The notes beneath the pieces were generated by a model. It searched no databases. It saw only the letters and a program-made list of their open reading frames with translations, and was not told the DNA's origin. A program made the position numbers and the translations under genes. Shown piece after piece: positions 1 through 8,845 of a DNA stretch of 38,452 bases. Position 1 is the stretch's first letter, and the number at the start of each line of letters is the position of its first letter. Origin of the DNA: a virus (lineage: Duplodnaviria; Heunggongvirae; Uroviricota; Caudoviricetes); the IMG/VR virus record IMGVR_UViG_2728369592_000010, positions 1 through 38,452 of that record. One strand, written 5' to 3'.

Positions 1-516
1 ATGAAATTTAAAAAATGTCTTCTGCCTGTGGCAATGTTAGCGTCATTCACTCTGGCAGGATGCCAGTCAAATGCTGATGATCATGCCGCCGATGTTTATC
101 AAACCGATCAACTGAATACCAAACAAGAAACTAAAACCGTTAATATTATTTCCATTCTTCCCGCAAAAGTTGCCGTAGACAACTCCCAAAATAAACGAAA
201 CGCACAAGCCTTCGGCGCGCTTATTGGTGCAGTCGCTGGCGGTGTAATCGGCCACAACGTGGGGTCTGGCAGCAATTCCGGAACGACGGCAGGTGCAGTT
301 GGCGGCGGAGCTGTTGGCGCGGCAGCGGGTTCTATGGTGAATGATAAAACCTTAGTGGAAGGTGTTTCTCTAACGTATAAGGAAGGCACCAAAGTGTATA
401 CCTCCACCCAGGTGGGTAAAGAGTGCCAGTTTACGACAGGTTTAGCCGTTGTTATTACCACGACGTATAACGAAACGCGTATTCAGCCAAATACCAAATG
501 TCCTGAAAAGAGCTAA
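1..516 (+). CDS. Glycine-zipper outer-membrane lipoprotein (YcfJ/SlyB-like)
   Basis: Lipobox LAGC after signal peptide; glycine-zipper stretch GALIGAVAGGVIGHNVGSG resembles the YcfJ/17-kDa-antigen family; ATG at position 1. Confidence 0.65.
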   Translation: MKFKKCLLPVAMLASFTLAGCQSNADDHAADVYQTDQLNTKQETKTVNIISILPAKVAVDNSQNKRNAQAFGALIGAVAGGVIGHNVGSGSNSGTTAGAVGGGAVGAAAGSMVNDKTLVEGVSLTYKEGTKVYTSTQVGKECQFTTGLAVVITTTYNETRIQPNTKCPEKS

Positions 517-531
517 TAATCAGGAGGAGTC

Positions 532-1071
532 ATGAAGAAAGTTTTTCTTTGCGCCATCTTAGCCTCCTTTAGCTATCCGGCTATCGCCTCATCATTGCAG
601 GATCAACTCTCGGCTGTCGCAGAAGCGGAACAGCAAGGTAAAAATGAAGAGCAAAGGCAGCATGACGAATGGGTCGCGGAGCGCAACAGGGAAATCCAGC
701 AAGAGAAGCAACGTCGCGCAAACGCCCAGGCCGCGGCTAATAAAAGAGCGGCAACGGCAGCGGCAAATAAGAAAGCTCGTCAGGATAAACTGGACGCCGA
801 AGCCACTGCGGACAAAAAACGCGATCAAAGTTATGAAGATGAGCTACGCAGCTTAGAGATTCAGAAACAAAAACTGGCACTGGCGAAAGAAGAAGCCCGC
901 GTTAAGCGCGAAAACGAATTTATCGATCAGGAACTGAAGCACAAAGCTGCGCAAACCGATGTGGTGCAATCTGAAGCTGACGCAAACAGAAATATGACTG
1001 AAGGCGGTCGCGATCTGATGAAAAGCGTGGGCAAAGCAGAAGAGAACAAATCGGACAGCTGGTTTAATTAA
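532..1071 (+). CDS. Secreted coiled-coil protein, function unknown
   Basis: Strong SD AGGAGG 7 nt upstream; N-terminal signal peptide; remainder charged, K/E/A/Q-rich coiled coil; 16-nt gap to upstream lipoprotein gene suggests an operon. Confidence 0.6.
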   Translation: MKKVFLCAILASFSYPAIASSLQDQLSAVAEAEQQGKNEEQRQHDEWVAERNREIQQEKQRRANAQAAANKRAATAAANKKARQDKLDAEATADKKRDQSYEDELRSLEIQKQKLALAKEEARVKRENEFIDQELKHKAAQTDVVQSEADANRNMTEGGRDLMKSVGKAEENKSDSWFN

Positions 1072-1111
1072 TCGATGTAAGTAACTTCAAGCCTATAATT
1101 CTTGAAGATAA

Positions 1112-1143
1112 AAAACCCTCTGTAGTAACAGAGGGTTTTGTTC
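1112..1143. terminator. Bidirectional rho-independent terminator shared by the plus-strand gene pair and the minus-strand lysis operon
   Basis: Hairpin AAAACCCTCTG-tagtaa-CAGAGGGTTTT with an A-run upstream and T-run downstream. Confidence 0.7.
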
Positions 1144-1290
1144 ATTCATAGTGCAGGGATCAAAATCATTCCCACTCAATTATTTACGGATACCATAACC
1201 AATTGACTGATAACAACTTCCTGCAACATGATTTTCACCGTACCGTTTTATATACCGTCACCGGAAATCAGTACCATGAAAAATGCCATG

Positions 1291-1773
1291 CTATCTTGTC
1301 AGGGTGTCATACTGTTTTTCACAGACTCTTCCGGCTTCGGCTGCCCGGTCAGCATACTCTGCCAGTTGTCTGTTTCTCTCGAGAGATTTGCTGAGCACGT
1401 CGGCAAGCAAAACTCCGGTGTCTGCGGCTGACGTCCCAGCGCCGACAATGGCGTTATACTGCCTGAGCTGCTCACGGATGGCAAAGAGTTGTTGCTGCAA
1501 CCTGCCAGCGCGAGCGGCAGCATCAAGAGCATCATTGCGCGCCTGGTCGATTCTCTGCTGCGCTTCACGTTCATTGGTCACTTTCTCCTGTTCGTAGTAC
1601 TGACGAACTTTGTCTTCTTCGTCTTTGCGATCTTCTTCCGCCTGCGCATACCCGGCATCGTACTGGCGACTGCCGTGTATATTCCAGGCAACCACTCCGA
1701 CGATGAACAGAGCAGCAAGCATCACCACGATAATCAGTTGTTTCCAATATGCTTTTACGAATGCCCAGATCAT
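1291..1773 (-). CDS. Rz: Rz-like inner-membrane spanin (i-spanin)
   Basis: N-terminal TM segment then charged coiled coil; start overlaps endolysin stop as ATGA; last gene of the lysis cassette; contains an embedded lipoprotein ORF in another frame. Confidence 0.8.
   Translation of the reverse strand: MIWAFVKAYWKQLIIVVMLAALFIVGVVAWNIHGSRQYDAGYAQAEEDRKDEEDKVRQYYEQEKVTNEREAQQRIDQARNDALDAAARAGRLQQQLFAIREQLRQYNAIVGAGTSAADTGVLLADVLSKSLERNRQLAEYADRAAEAGRVCEKQYDTLTR
1299..1535 (-). CDS. Rz1: Rz1-like outer-membrane lipoprotein spanin (o-spanin), embedded in Rz in the +1 frame
   Basis: ORF 1299-1574 contains [13 protein letters not shown] lipobox followed by a Pro/Ser-rich mature part; start set at the internal Met before the signal peptide. 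Confidence 0.6.
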   Translation of the reverse strand: MMLLMLPLALAGCSNNSLPSVSSSGSITPLSALGRQPQTPEFCLPTCSANLSRETDNWQSMLTGQPKPEESVKNSMTP

Positions 1774-2399
1774 ATAGCCAGCACCTTACTGGCAGTGACG
1801 TACCGCGCGCGCCGGTCGTCGATGCCGTTCCGGCCACCATTGATAATCAGAGTTACACGTGCAATATCACCGGTATACTTCATGCATCCTTTGCTGGCAA
1901 AGAACCACGCCGCGCTACGAGCCGCGTATTCGTCCTGCGCCAGCAGTTCAGGATTCTCCAGCAGGTCAACTTTCAGACCGTTTCCGCAGTCACGATAGTT
2001 ATTTAAACCGGTAATCTGGATAAGCCCGCGCCCACGGTAATTCCAGCCATCGCCGGGAGCATTGTTACCCATGCGTTTGCTGTAAACCAGATTTGCGATC
2101 GCGCGCTGGCGCTCAAGTGGCAATGGTGGTTCACCAGCACGGCGCCCCAGTGAATTAGCCTGTCCCTGGGTGAGGCGTCCAGTCCTGACAAAGCTCGCCA
2201 GTCCGCTGACGCTGTAGTTGAAATTTTCCTGCAACCGGGTGAAGCCTCCAGACTCATGCCCGACCTGAGCAATAAACATTGCCTGATCTTCTGGTTTGCT
2301 GATATCAAACTCTTTCATCGCAGAAGTTATATGCGAGAACCAGCGTGCGGCCAGCGCCTCGCTAATACCAGCAGCTCGTTGGAATTGTTTAATCTCCAT
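1770..2399 (-). CDS. Endolysin, glycoside hydrolase family 19 (chitinase-like lysozyme)
   Basis: Motif [21 protein letters not shown] and overall pattern typical of GH19 phage endolysins; sits between membrane proteins and Rz. Confidence 0.85.
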   Translation of the reverse strand: MEIKQFQRAAGISEALAARWFSHITSAMKEFDISKPEDQAMFIAQVGHESGGFTRLQENFNYSVSGLASFVRTGRLTQGQANSLGRRAGEPPLPLERQRAIANLVYSKRMGNNAPGDGWNYRGRGLIQITGLNNYRDCGNGLKVDLLENPELLAQDEYAARSAAWFFASKGCMKYTGDIARVTLIINGGRNGIDDRRARYVTASKVLAI

Positions 2400-2697
2400 G
2401 TTTAGACCTCGTTATTTTGAAAATCTGAACAACGTTACCGCGAGTTTTAATAACCGCAGCTAGCATGACAGCGTTGATAATGACCTCAGATAAATCCACA
2501 GCCATTGGCGTACGTAACCAGATTGCATAGGCGACACGAACAGGAATACTGGCCGCAGCAACAATCAGGAAATAAGCAAGCCATCCTCCCCACCTTCGGT
2601 GTTGAGAGCCGTTACGCCGGAATGTGACAACGCGAATTGCTATGCCAGTGCAAATAACTGCATTGGTGATAAGCAAAAAAAACTCATGCGTTACCAT
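2389..2697 (-). CDS. Small membrane protein of the lysis cassette (holin/antiholin candidate)
   Basis: 102 aa, about 3 predicted TM helices, overlaps both neighbours, immediately upstream of the endolysin. Confidence 0.55.
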   Translation of the reverse strand: MVTHEFFLLITNAVICTGIAIRVVTFRRNGSQHRRWGGWLAYFLIVAAASIPVRVAYAIWLRTPMAVDLSEVIINAVMLAAVIKTRGNVVQIFKITRSKHGD

Positions 2698-3178
2698 CGT
2701 CTTTTCTCCCCGGAATTAACTCGCGTGGATTATCGGAACGGTGATAAAGCCATATACCAATTCGCACAGCGACAATTGACGACACAAATGCGCCAGCAGA
2801 GAAGACGATCCCTTTCTCGAAAGAGTCCTGCGTGATGGTAGGGATCAGGCCGGCTACACCGATAAGGATGGATGCTGTAGGTTTGTAAAAGAGAAGGCCG
2901 CAGAGAAAGCTAAGCATCGACAAGAGTACGCGACGACGAATGGGATACTCTACTGCAGAGGTAACAAAAATAACCGCTCCAGCCAAAGACCCCAAAGCAA
3001 CCTCAGGAGGTGCTCCTGCTATAACCGCCACCAGAGAACTCATGCTAAGCCACTGATTTAAAGACTCACTGGTTATCTGAACTGACATAAAAACCACCGT
3101 TAAATGTGCATATGCCCCACCTAATTTAAGGGGTTCATCATACACAATAAACCACATGTGGTTAAACAGGTAATTCAT
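2684..3178 (-). CDS. Multi-TM membrane protein, putative holin (alternative internal start at Met31 with GGTGG SD)
   Basis: 164 aa with about 4 hydrophobic helices; first gene after the tailspike; no SD before the first ATG but GGTGG precedes an in-frame ATG 90 nt downstream; a seroconversion/flippase-like role cannot be excluded. Confidence 0.5.
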   Translation of the reverse strand: MNYLFNHMWFIVYDEPLKLGGAYAHLTVVFMSVQITSESLNQWLSMSSLVAVIAGAPPEVALGSLAGAVIFVTSAVEYPIRRRVLLSMLSFLCGLLFYKPTASILIGVAGLIPTITQDSFEKGIVFSAGAFVSSIVAVRIGIWLYHRSDNPRELIPGRKDDGNA

Positions 3179-3291
3179 TGTGATACTAATGTTAAACTCA
3201 TTACTGCCGAAAAAGTGTCACTGATTAAAACACGGTAGAGAAATTATTAACGAGTAATTTAGGCATAATTACAATATTTAAGTTATTAATT

Positions 3292-3306
3292 CACTGATTT
3301 AATCAG
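3292..3306. promoter_or_regulatory. Perfect palindrome ACTGAT-TTA-ATCAGT upstream of the lysis cassette, with a related half-site CACTGATTAAAA at 3218-3229
   Basis: Read directly; lies in the 190-bp gap between tailspike stop and first lysis gene. Confidence 0.35.
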
Positions 3307-3326
3307 TAAAAGATAGCTATAACATA

Positions 3327-3345
3327 CCACCTCCCAAGGAGGTGG
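3327..3345 (-). terminator. GC-rich hairpin CCACCTCC-caa-GGAGGTGG downstream of the tailspike gene (weak terminator/attenuator)
   Basis: Perfect 8-bp stem; no clean T-run on the minus strand, so efficiency is uncertain. Confidence 0.35.
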
Positions 3346-3371
3346 TTTAGGAATAACAATAAAATATGTAC

Positions 3372-5387
3372 TTACGCACTTCGTAATAAATGTTTAGACA
3401 TAGCAGCAATACAGAAACAAGATAAGTCAGCGTAATTTACACCGTACATATCCGATTCTTTATCATAAGTAACCAGAGAATAGTCTGTAGGGTTAAGATT
3501 ATATTTCTCCATAATCAGCATTACTTCTTGAGCCATACATCCGAAGTGATACTTATCAGATTCTGCATCTGTCCATTTAAACTTTATCATGCTAATGGCT
3601 AATTCTAGCCCTGCACTATACTCTGCCGTAGATATCTCATACAAATCTTTACATCTACCGTCAGATGTTTGTATTACACCATTAGTTGCAAAGACAGTTT
3701 GCCATCTACGACTAGATTGACCACAAGTTCTTTGATTATCTATCTGGGGGGCAACACTACCATCTATACGCAAATAGTTATCTTCCGCTTGTGCGCCTCC
3801 CATAACACCTTCTAAAAAAGGCAATCCTTTGTGATTATTTACAATGAATTTATTGGAGGTGTCTTCTGATATTCCGGTACCAGCATCTGGACCTATAAAA
3901 ATATTACCATTTCCAGTTGGTAATTTTCTTCCTGCTCTTGCTCCTATCATAACATTCAGGTCACCTGAGGATAGGGAATTGAGAGCATCAACACCAATTG
4001 CTGTATTAAAATTACCTGTGAGAGTCCCAGTGTATGGGTTCTCTGTTGATGATACTCCTCGCAATGCTCCATTACCTATAGCTGTGTTATGATCACCTTG
4101 CTTTAACTCCCTACCAGCTGCATTACCAATAAGGGTATTTCCATTACATTTATTATACCCAAGACGTACACCTTGAGGGTCTGTGTAGATGCCAGTACGC
4201 ATTCCTGCAGAGCGTCCTATTGCAACATTAGCTTCTCCAGAATGGAGTTGCTGCAAAGCTGACATACCAACTGCAACATTGAACCTACCATCCTTACACT
4301 CGTTTAGCGCATCCCTGCCAATACCAATCATGTTATTTCCAGTGGTGGCTTTCTTCAAAGCATTAATACCTATACTGATAATCTCTGTTCCAGAAAATGG
4401 CGACTTATCTGTAAGATCATCTTCTAGAGTATCTCCTGACAAACCACCCACACCAACCACGATTGTGTTAGTGCCGCTAGTTATGTTGCGACCAGAACTT
4501 GGTCCAAGCAAAACCAATTGATTACCTTTACCAGAGTCAGTGTAATTTTTTGCGGCATCATAACCTAAAATAAGGTTGCTATGAGACTGAGCTACATTGG
4601 TAAACGGAATTCGTTCCGCTCCTGTCTCTTTAATTATTTTTCCTGGGCCATAAAATCTTCCATTAATATCTTCCGGCAATAAATACGTGCCATCAGGAAC
4701 ATAAACACCTTGTGGCGAAGCAGATGCCGCGGCAATGAAAGCATCTGTATCATTTGTGACTCCATCACCTTTAGCGCCAAAGTCAAGAACACTGACAGTA
4801 TCCCGCATCTTATCCTGAAACGTTCTATATACCGCGCCTGAACCATACTGAATAAACCAACCAAAACCACCAACAACCCCGGCGATTGCAGCATCGACAT
4901 AATTACACATTGAGCGATTATTTACAGCGTCCTGCTCAAGTGATGGATCTGCAAGGTTAGAAATTCTGTTTTGCTTTGCATCGTAATATTTTGCAAGCAA
5001 AGATGGTTTCATCAATGCACGTCTGAACCACCCAAAACATTGCTGGATCAGCATCGTCAGGTAGTCAAAAGCATCTTCATGCACTTCGGGGAAAAATTTT
5101 CCCTGATTGCGAAGGTCTGTCTCCTGCACTACATCAAGCACACGATCTATCGTAATTCGCCATCCAGCAGCAAGCGGAGACGGAAGAACAACAGAACCGC
5201 CACTATAAGTGCCCGCCCCAGTTACCGTATAACCGGTATCCAGAACCAATTCTGTTACGTTCCCGTTCAGGTCAGACACCTGAACAACCAGGTCGGATTT
5301 TTTGAAAATACGGAAGGTATACGGAAATGATGTCGTAACGCCGTTACCTGTGTATTCGTTGTGGTCAACTTCGGTTGAGACCGTCAT
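3372..5387 (-). CDS. Tailspike / tail fibre with conserved N-terminal particle-binding domain and repeat-rich receptor-binding body
   Basis: N-terminus MTVSTEVDHNEYTGNGVTTSFPYTFRIFKK matches my memory of the epsilon15/phiV10 tailspike head-binding domain; body has repeated N-x-A-I-G-x-x-A motifs; C-terminal about 100 aa may be an intramolecular chaperone; 3' half is AT-rich. Confidence 0.85.
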   Translation of the reverse strand: MTVSTEVDHNEYTGNGVTTSFPYTFRIFKKSDLVVQVSDLNGNVTELVLDTGYTVTGAGTYSGGSVVLPSPLAAGWRITIDRVLDVVQETDLRNQGKFFPEVHEDAFDYLTMLIQQCFGWFRRALMKPSLLAKYYDAKQNRISNLADPSLEQDAVNNRSMCNYVDAAIAGVVGGFGWFIQYGSGAVYRTFQDKMRDTVSVLDFGAKGDGVTNDTDAFIAAASASPQGVYVPDGTYLLPEDINGRFYGPGKIIKETGAERIPFTNVAQSHSNLILGYDAAKNYTDSGKGNQLVLLGPSSGRNITSGTNTIVVGVGGLSGDTLEDDLTDKSPFSGTEIISIGINALKKATTGNNMIGIGRDALNECKDGRFNVAVGMSALQQLHSGEANVAIGRSAGMRTGIYTDPQGVRLGYNKCNGNTLIGNAAGRELKQGDHNTAIGNGALRGVSSTENPYTGTLTGNFNTAIGVDALNSLSSGDLNVMIGARAGRKLPTGNGNIFIGPDAGTGISEDTSNKFIVNNHKGLPFLEGVMGGAQAEDNYLRIDGSVAPQIDNQRTCGQSSRRWQTVFATNGVIQTSDGRCKDLYEISTAEYSAGLELAISMIKFKWTDAESDKYHFGCMAQEVMLIMEKYNLNPTDYSLVTYDKESDMYGVNYADLSCFCIAAMSKHLLRSA

Positions 5388-5490
5388 GTTAAATCTCCAG
5401 ATAGTCGCAGCACCCGTTGCGCCGCATATCTGGTTATTCTATTACCTGAAAAACCATATATGGATAGAAAGGCTGTAAATACGAATAGAT

Positions 5491-5507
5491 ATTACCTTTC
5501 AGGTAAT
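5491..5507. promoter_or_regulatory. Operator-like palindrome ATTACCTTTCAGGTAAT (TTACC-N5-GGTAA family)
   Basis: Perfect inverted repeat; identical core to the site at 22435-22449. Confidence 0.6.
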
Positions 5508-5543
5508 TTGCAAAACGTGCTGGATAGCAAACAAATTATTTGC

Positions 5544-5563
5544 TACTGTATAAATATACAGTT
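5544..5563. promoter_or_regulatory. LexA (SOS) box TACTGTATAAATATACAGTT
   Basis: CTGT-N8-ACAG with AT-rich spacer, 18/20 match to the E. coli consensus TACTGTATATATATACAGTA; 5-20 bp upstream of the start of the plus-strand small gene. Confidence 0.75.
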
Positions 5564-5568
5564 ATTGC

Positions 5569-5841
5569 ATGGAGAAGATTAAGATGCAGCAGTATCACTA
5601 TCCACTGGAAGACGGATTTACCGAAAGGATTCACACGCCGGGAGGCGTCAGGTCACTGGTGGAGGGATCGCACTTGATGAAATTACTCCGGGATCTCGAT
5701 AAGGATGGATTTAATGTCGATGGCCCACTTGCCGAACTGACTGCACTGATTAACTACGTCACCAGCTCACAGATGTCTATGCAGGATCTGCAAACACATC
5801 TCGACTATTGTGCCGAACAATTACGAAAACAAACCCGGTAA
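5569..5841 (+). CDS. Small SOS-regulated protein, candidate antirepressor (likely start at ATG 5584 after GGAGAAG)
   Basis: Opposite strand to flanking virion genes, own LexA-box promoter and downstream hairpin; 85-90 aa soluble protein with no family I can assign. Confidence 0.6.
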   Translation: MEKIKMQQYHYPLEDGFTERIHTPGGVRSLVEGSHLMKLLRDLDKDGFNVDGPLAELTALINYVTSSQMSMQDLQTHLDYCAEQLRKQTR

Positions 5842-5848
5842 ATTTAAA

Positions 5849-5877
5849 GGCCGCAAGAGCGGCCTGTGACATGTCAC
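5849..5877. terminator. Bidirectional terminator region: hairpin GGCCGC-aaga-GCGGCC followed by palindrome GTGACATGTCAC and a T-run
   Basis: Read directly; sits between the convergent plus-strand small gene and the minus-strand 98-aa gene. Confidence 0.5.
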
Positions 5878-6170
5878 GCTCTTTTTCTGAATGATAGCCA
5901 TTCGAAAAATGATGACATTCCACCGCAGACAATAGCAAAGATGATCCCACCAAAGAAGAGAAGGCCAGCCTGCCACCACTCCCACCGCCATACATCCACA
6001 GCGCCAACCATACCAACAATCGCTCCAACAAATGGAATATAGCTCACGATGAAAGCAATGGGGGCTGCAATTATCCAGTGCAATCCCCACCATGATTCAA
6101 GCCCAGCCATAATTGCTGCCAACTGAAAAAGACCAACGACGATATAAACAATGAATCCTATAGCTTGCAT
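5874..6170 (-). CDS. Small integral membrane protein (about 3 TM helices)
   Basis: 98-aa hydrophobic ORF with SD AGGTGA; sits within the late operon between internal virion proteins and tailspike. Confidence 0.6.
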   Translation of the reverse strand: MQAIGFIVYIVVGLFQLAAIMAGLESWWGLHWIIAAPIAFIVSYIPFVGAIVGMVGAVDVWRWEWWQAGLLFFGGIIFAIVCGGMSSFFEWLSFRKRA

Positions 6171-6365
6171 GTAGTCACCTATTTACCCAGTAAAAATCAG
6201 AGGCCTCCCCTCAATAAGGCTTGCAACAAGAACTATTCCCTGCACAACAAAGATGAACCAGCAAATAGCTTGAGTCTGAGGGTTAAGAAAATATTTGTAG
6301 CGGTCAATAAATAACAACCCACCAGAAATTATCACACTCAAAATAATTAAAAACACAACACTTCC

Positions 6366-8840
6366 TTATTGCGGAGTGACATCCTGAGGTCGCCACCAGT
6401 ATGTCTGGTTAAACTCTTTCTTCGAACGTTGCTCCATTTTACGCAAATAGCCTGGTGAAAAATACTCCTGCATCTGGTTAAAGATCATATGATCGAGAGC
6501 CGCCTTTAAGTACCAGAGATTCGCACCTGGCATCAAACCTTTCCCCAGCTTCACCAGATCACCACCAGTCTGCTCACTCTTCCCTTCCACAGCATTTAAC
6601 GGTATGCCCTGAGCAATCTTCACTACGTCATCAACCAGACCAGCTACCGGGCCAAGCATCGACGCCAGCGCGCCGCTTCCGTACCTAGTGTGATCTGACA
6701 ATAAAAAGTCACCGTAAAGGCCAAGACCACCACCTTTCAGTAGAGCACCAAGCCAAAATTTAGCAGCATCTTCTCCTGTCATCTCGCGAGGATTACGACC
6801 AGACGCAAGGTCGTTAAGTTGCTGCGACAAAGCGCCAAGAATGGTCGTACTGGCAATAAACGTCGCAATATATGCCGCACGCCCACCAGCAGACGGCATA
6901 CCCATAGCGCGTGACCAGTGACGCATAACCACCGAGATAGGGAACGATTTAAACAGGAAAACACTTCTCGTTAATTCACCTTTCCATGTTCCACGCTGAA
7001 TACCAGAACCGGTTATCAGTTGCTCACGTGCTCCTGGTGTAATAACAGCCATATCAACTTCTTCAGTTACGGCACCGAGCAGTTTACGCATTGCCTCAAA
7101 TTTCACGCGTTCAGGCTCACCAAGATGTTTAACTGCTGAATCAGGGATACGCATAATGCTTTCCGGTGTCAGCATCGTATTATTGCCGTTCCCCCAGTCC
7201 TCCTGTTGCGCCAGCTTCCATACGCTCCAGTCTGTGTCAGTAATCCCTTTGCTTTTCAGGATACGAAAATCAGAGTCATCGAGGCGACGAAGGTCTGATG
7301 TCCGTGACACTACTTCTCCCAGGCTTCCCATCATGGTTACGCCATAGGCGCGCTTGTGCGCATCTGACCATGCTGTAAGCCCACTGGCACGCATTACCGC
7401 CGTTGCAGCCCAACGAGACACAGACGGCCCCATATTATCCATCGCCCAGCGGTTAACGCTGCCAAGTAGAGATTCCATCGCCAGACCAGCGCGGCGCGCC
7501 CGCGCAAGTTCTGTACGGTTCGTTGGGTCCATAGCTTCAAGCTGGTTGCGGAATAACTGGTTCATTGGAAGGTTGGTAACCTTCGCAGACAGATACATGG
7601 TTCCAAGATCAGAGAACGATGACAGCAACGCGGATCCGAGTCTGCTGGCAACCAGCCAGTTGCGGATATTGTCAGACCATCGCGCGATGTGCGGATTCGC
7701 TACAGGCTGTGTCTTTCCGGAAATAAAGTTGTACAGATTCTCTGTGTTGTTCGCCAGCCGCTCGACTTTACCGGTTTTACTCGGGTTAGCTGTTGCCGTT
7801 TCTGCCTTCACCTGATCAAGAAGAGAGCGGAAAACATGATCGGGGTTTGGACCATATGTTTCCACCAGTGCAATATCTTTACTGATACCTTCCAGGTGAC
7901 CGACCATGATTTCCCATAGAGAGCGATCGCCATAAAGTTGCTGATATTGCAGATAGGAATCTGCATCTTTGAAATGTATCTGTCGTGATGCATTACCACG
8001 GTTAGCACGTGCGCCGGAAATTCGCATTCCGGTATCAGTAAGCTTATTCAGCCCACCAGTAGCGATCGTGTTATAAGCCTCTCCAAGAAATGCAGACAAC
8101 TCGGCATCGTTCATCAGTTGTCCATCGGCTCGGGTATAATATTTGCGATCCAGCTTACCTATAACATCGCTAACCCATTTATCTTTTGATACCGCCCCAA
8201 CCTTTTCCATAGAATGATGTTGAGGGATCCCCCAGTTTTCGAGATAGCCAATGTCCCCACCAGCATCATTAAACCGGCGGCGCAGTAGCTCTGTCACTTC
8301 TCTCCACGCCTTAGCACCTTTTCTTGCTTTAGCATTGCCAGTATTTTGCCCCCGCATTTCATATACCAGGTCACGTACGCCCGCTTCATCTTCAAACAGA
8401 CCAAAAAAGCGAGGATCAACTGCTTCGAATGCCTCCTGTAATTGACTCAATGCATAATCACGGGTGGCTTTTGTTCTGGATTCAACAGAGAGGAAATTCG
8501 ATTTACCGTCTGCATTAAAAGCAATAGTACGGTTAAGAGCGCCAAGTTTCCCATCAGCCCCTTGATAGCTATTGATAAATTTATCCAATCTCTGACGTGC
8601 GGCTATAGTGAGGGCCACACGACGTTTCTTTAATGCCGCTTCTCGCTGTAATTCTTCAGATGCCAATTGTGCTGCACGATACAGCCGCTCTGATTCGGAA
8701 AGTTGTCGCCACGACATCGGGTCATCACGAGCAATGGAGCGCATATTTCGATAAATGCGGTCTTCAATGTTCTGTATTTCTCGCGCCGTTAACGTGCGCT
8801 GCGCCGCCTGCTGGACCGCTTGTATACATTCCTGTCTCAT
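6366..8840 (-). CDS. Large internal virion / DNA-ejection protein (T7 gp16-position analogue)
   Basis: 824-aa ORF with SD, in a run of three very large genes after the tail tube genes; assignment by size and position. Confidence 0.8.
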   Translation of the reverse strand: MRQECIQAVQQAAQRTLTAREIQNIEDRIYRNMRSIARDDPMSWRQLSESERLYRAAQLASEELQREAALKKRRVALTIAARQRLDKFINSYQGADGKLGALNRTIAFNADGKSNFLSVESRTKATRDYALSQLQEAFEAVDPRFFGLFEDEAGVRDLVYEMRGQNTGNAKARKGAKAWREVTELLRRRFNDAGGDIGYLENWGIPQHHSMEKVGAVSKDKWVSDVIGKLDRKYYTRADGQLMNDAELSAFLGEAYNTIATGGLNKLTDTGMRISGARANRGNASRQIHFKDADSYLQYQQLYGDRSLWEIMVGHLEGISKDIALVETYGPNPDHVFRSLLDQVKAETATANPSKTGKVERLANNTENLYNFISGKTQPVANPHIARWSDNIRNWLVASRLGSALLSSFSDLGTMYLSAKVTNLPMNQLFRNQLEAMDPTNRTELARARRAGLAMESLLGSVNRWAMDNMGPSVSRWAATAVMRASGLTAWSDAHKRAYGVTMMGSLGEVVSRTSDLRRLDDSDFRILKSKGITDTDWSVWKLAQQEDWGNGNNTMLTPESIMRIPDSAVKHLGEPERVKFEAMRKLLGAVTEEVDMAVITPGAREQLITGSGIQRGTWKGELTRSVFLFKSFPISVVMRHWSRAMGMPSAGGRAAYIATFIASTTILGALSQQLNDLASGRNPREMTGEDAAKFWLGALLKGGGLGLYGDFLLSDHTRYGSGALASMLGPVAGLVDDVVKIAQGIPLNAVEGKSEQTGGDLVKLGKGLMPGANLWYLKAALDHMIFNQMQEYFSPGYLRKMEQRSKKEFNQTYWWRPQDVTPQ

Positions 8841-8845
8841 TTAAT

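Noticed and set aside
1-516. Calling the left-end lipoprotein a Bor homologue
   Set aside because: Only the genomic position resembles bor; the sequence looks like a YcfJ-type glycine-zipper lipoprotein and may be a host gene
2684-3178. Assigning the 164-aa membrane protein as an O-antigen seroconversion protein
   Set aside because: No glycosyltransferase, acetyltransferase or GtrA signature that I can verify; left as a putative holin with the alternative noted
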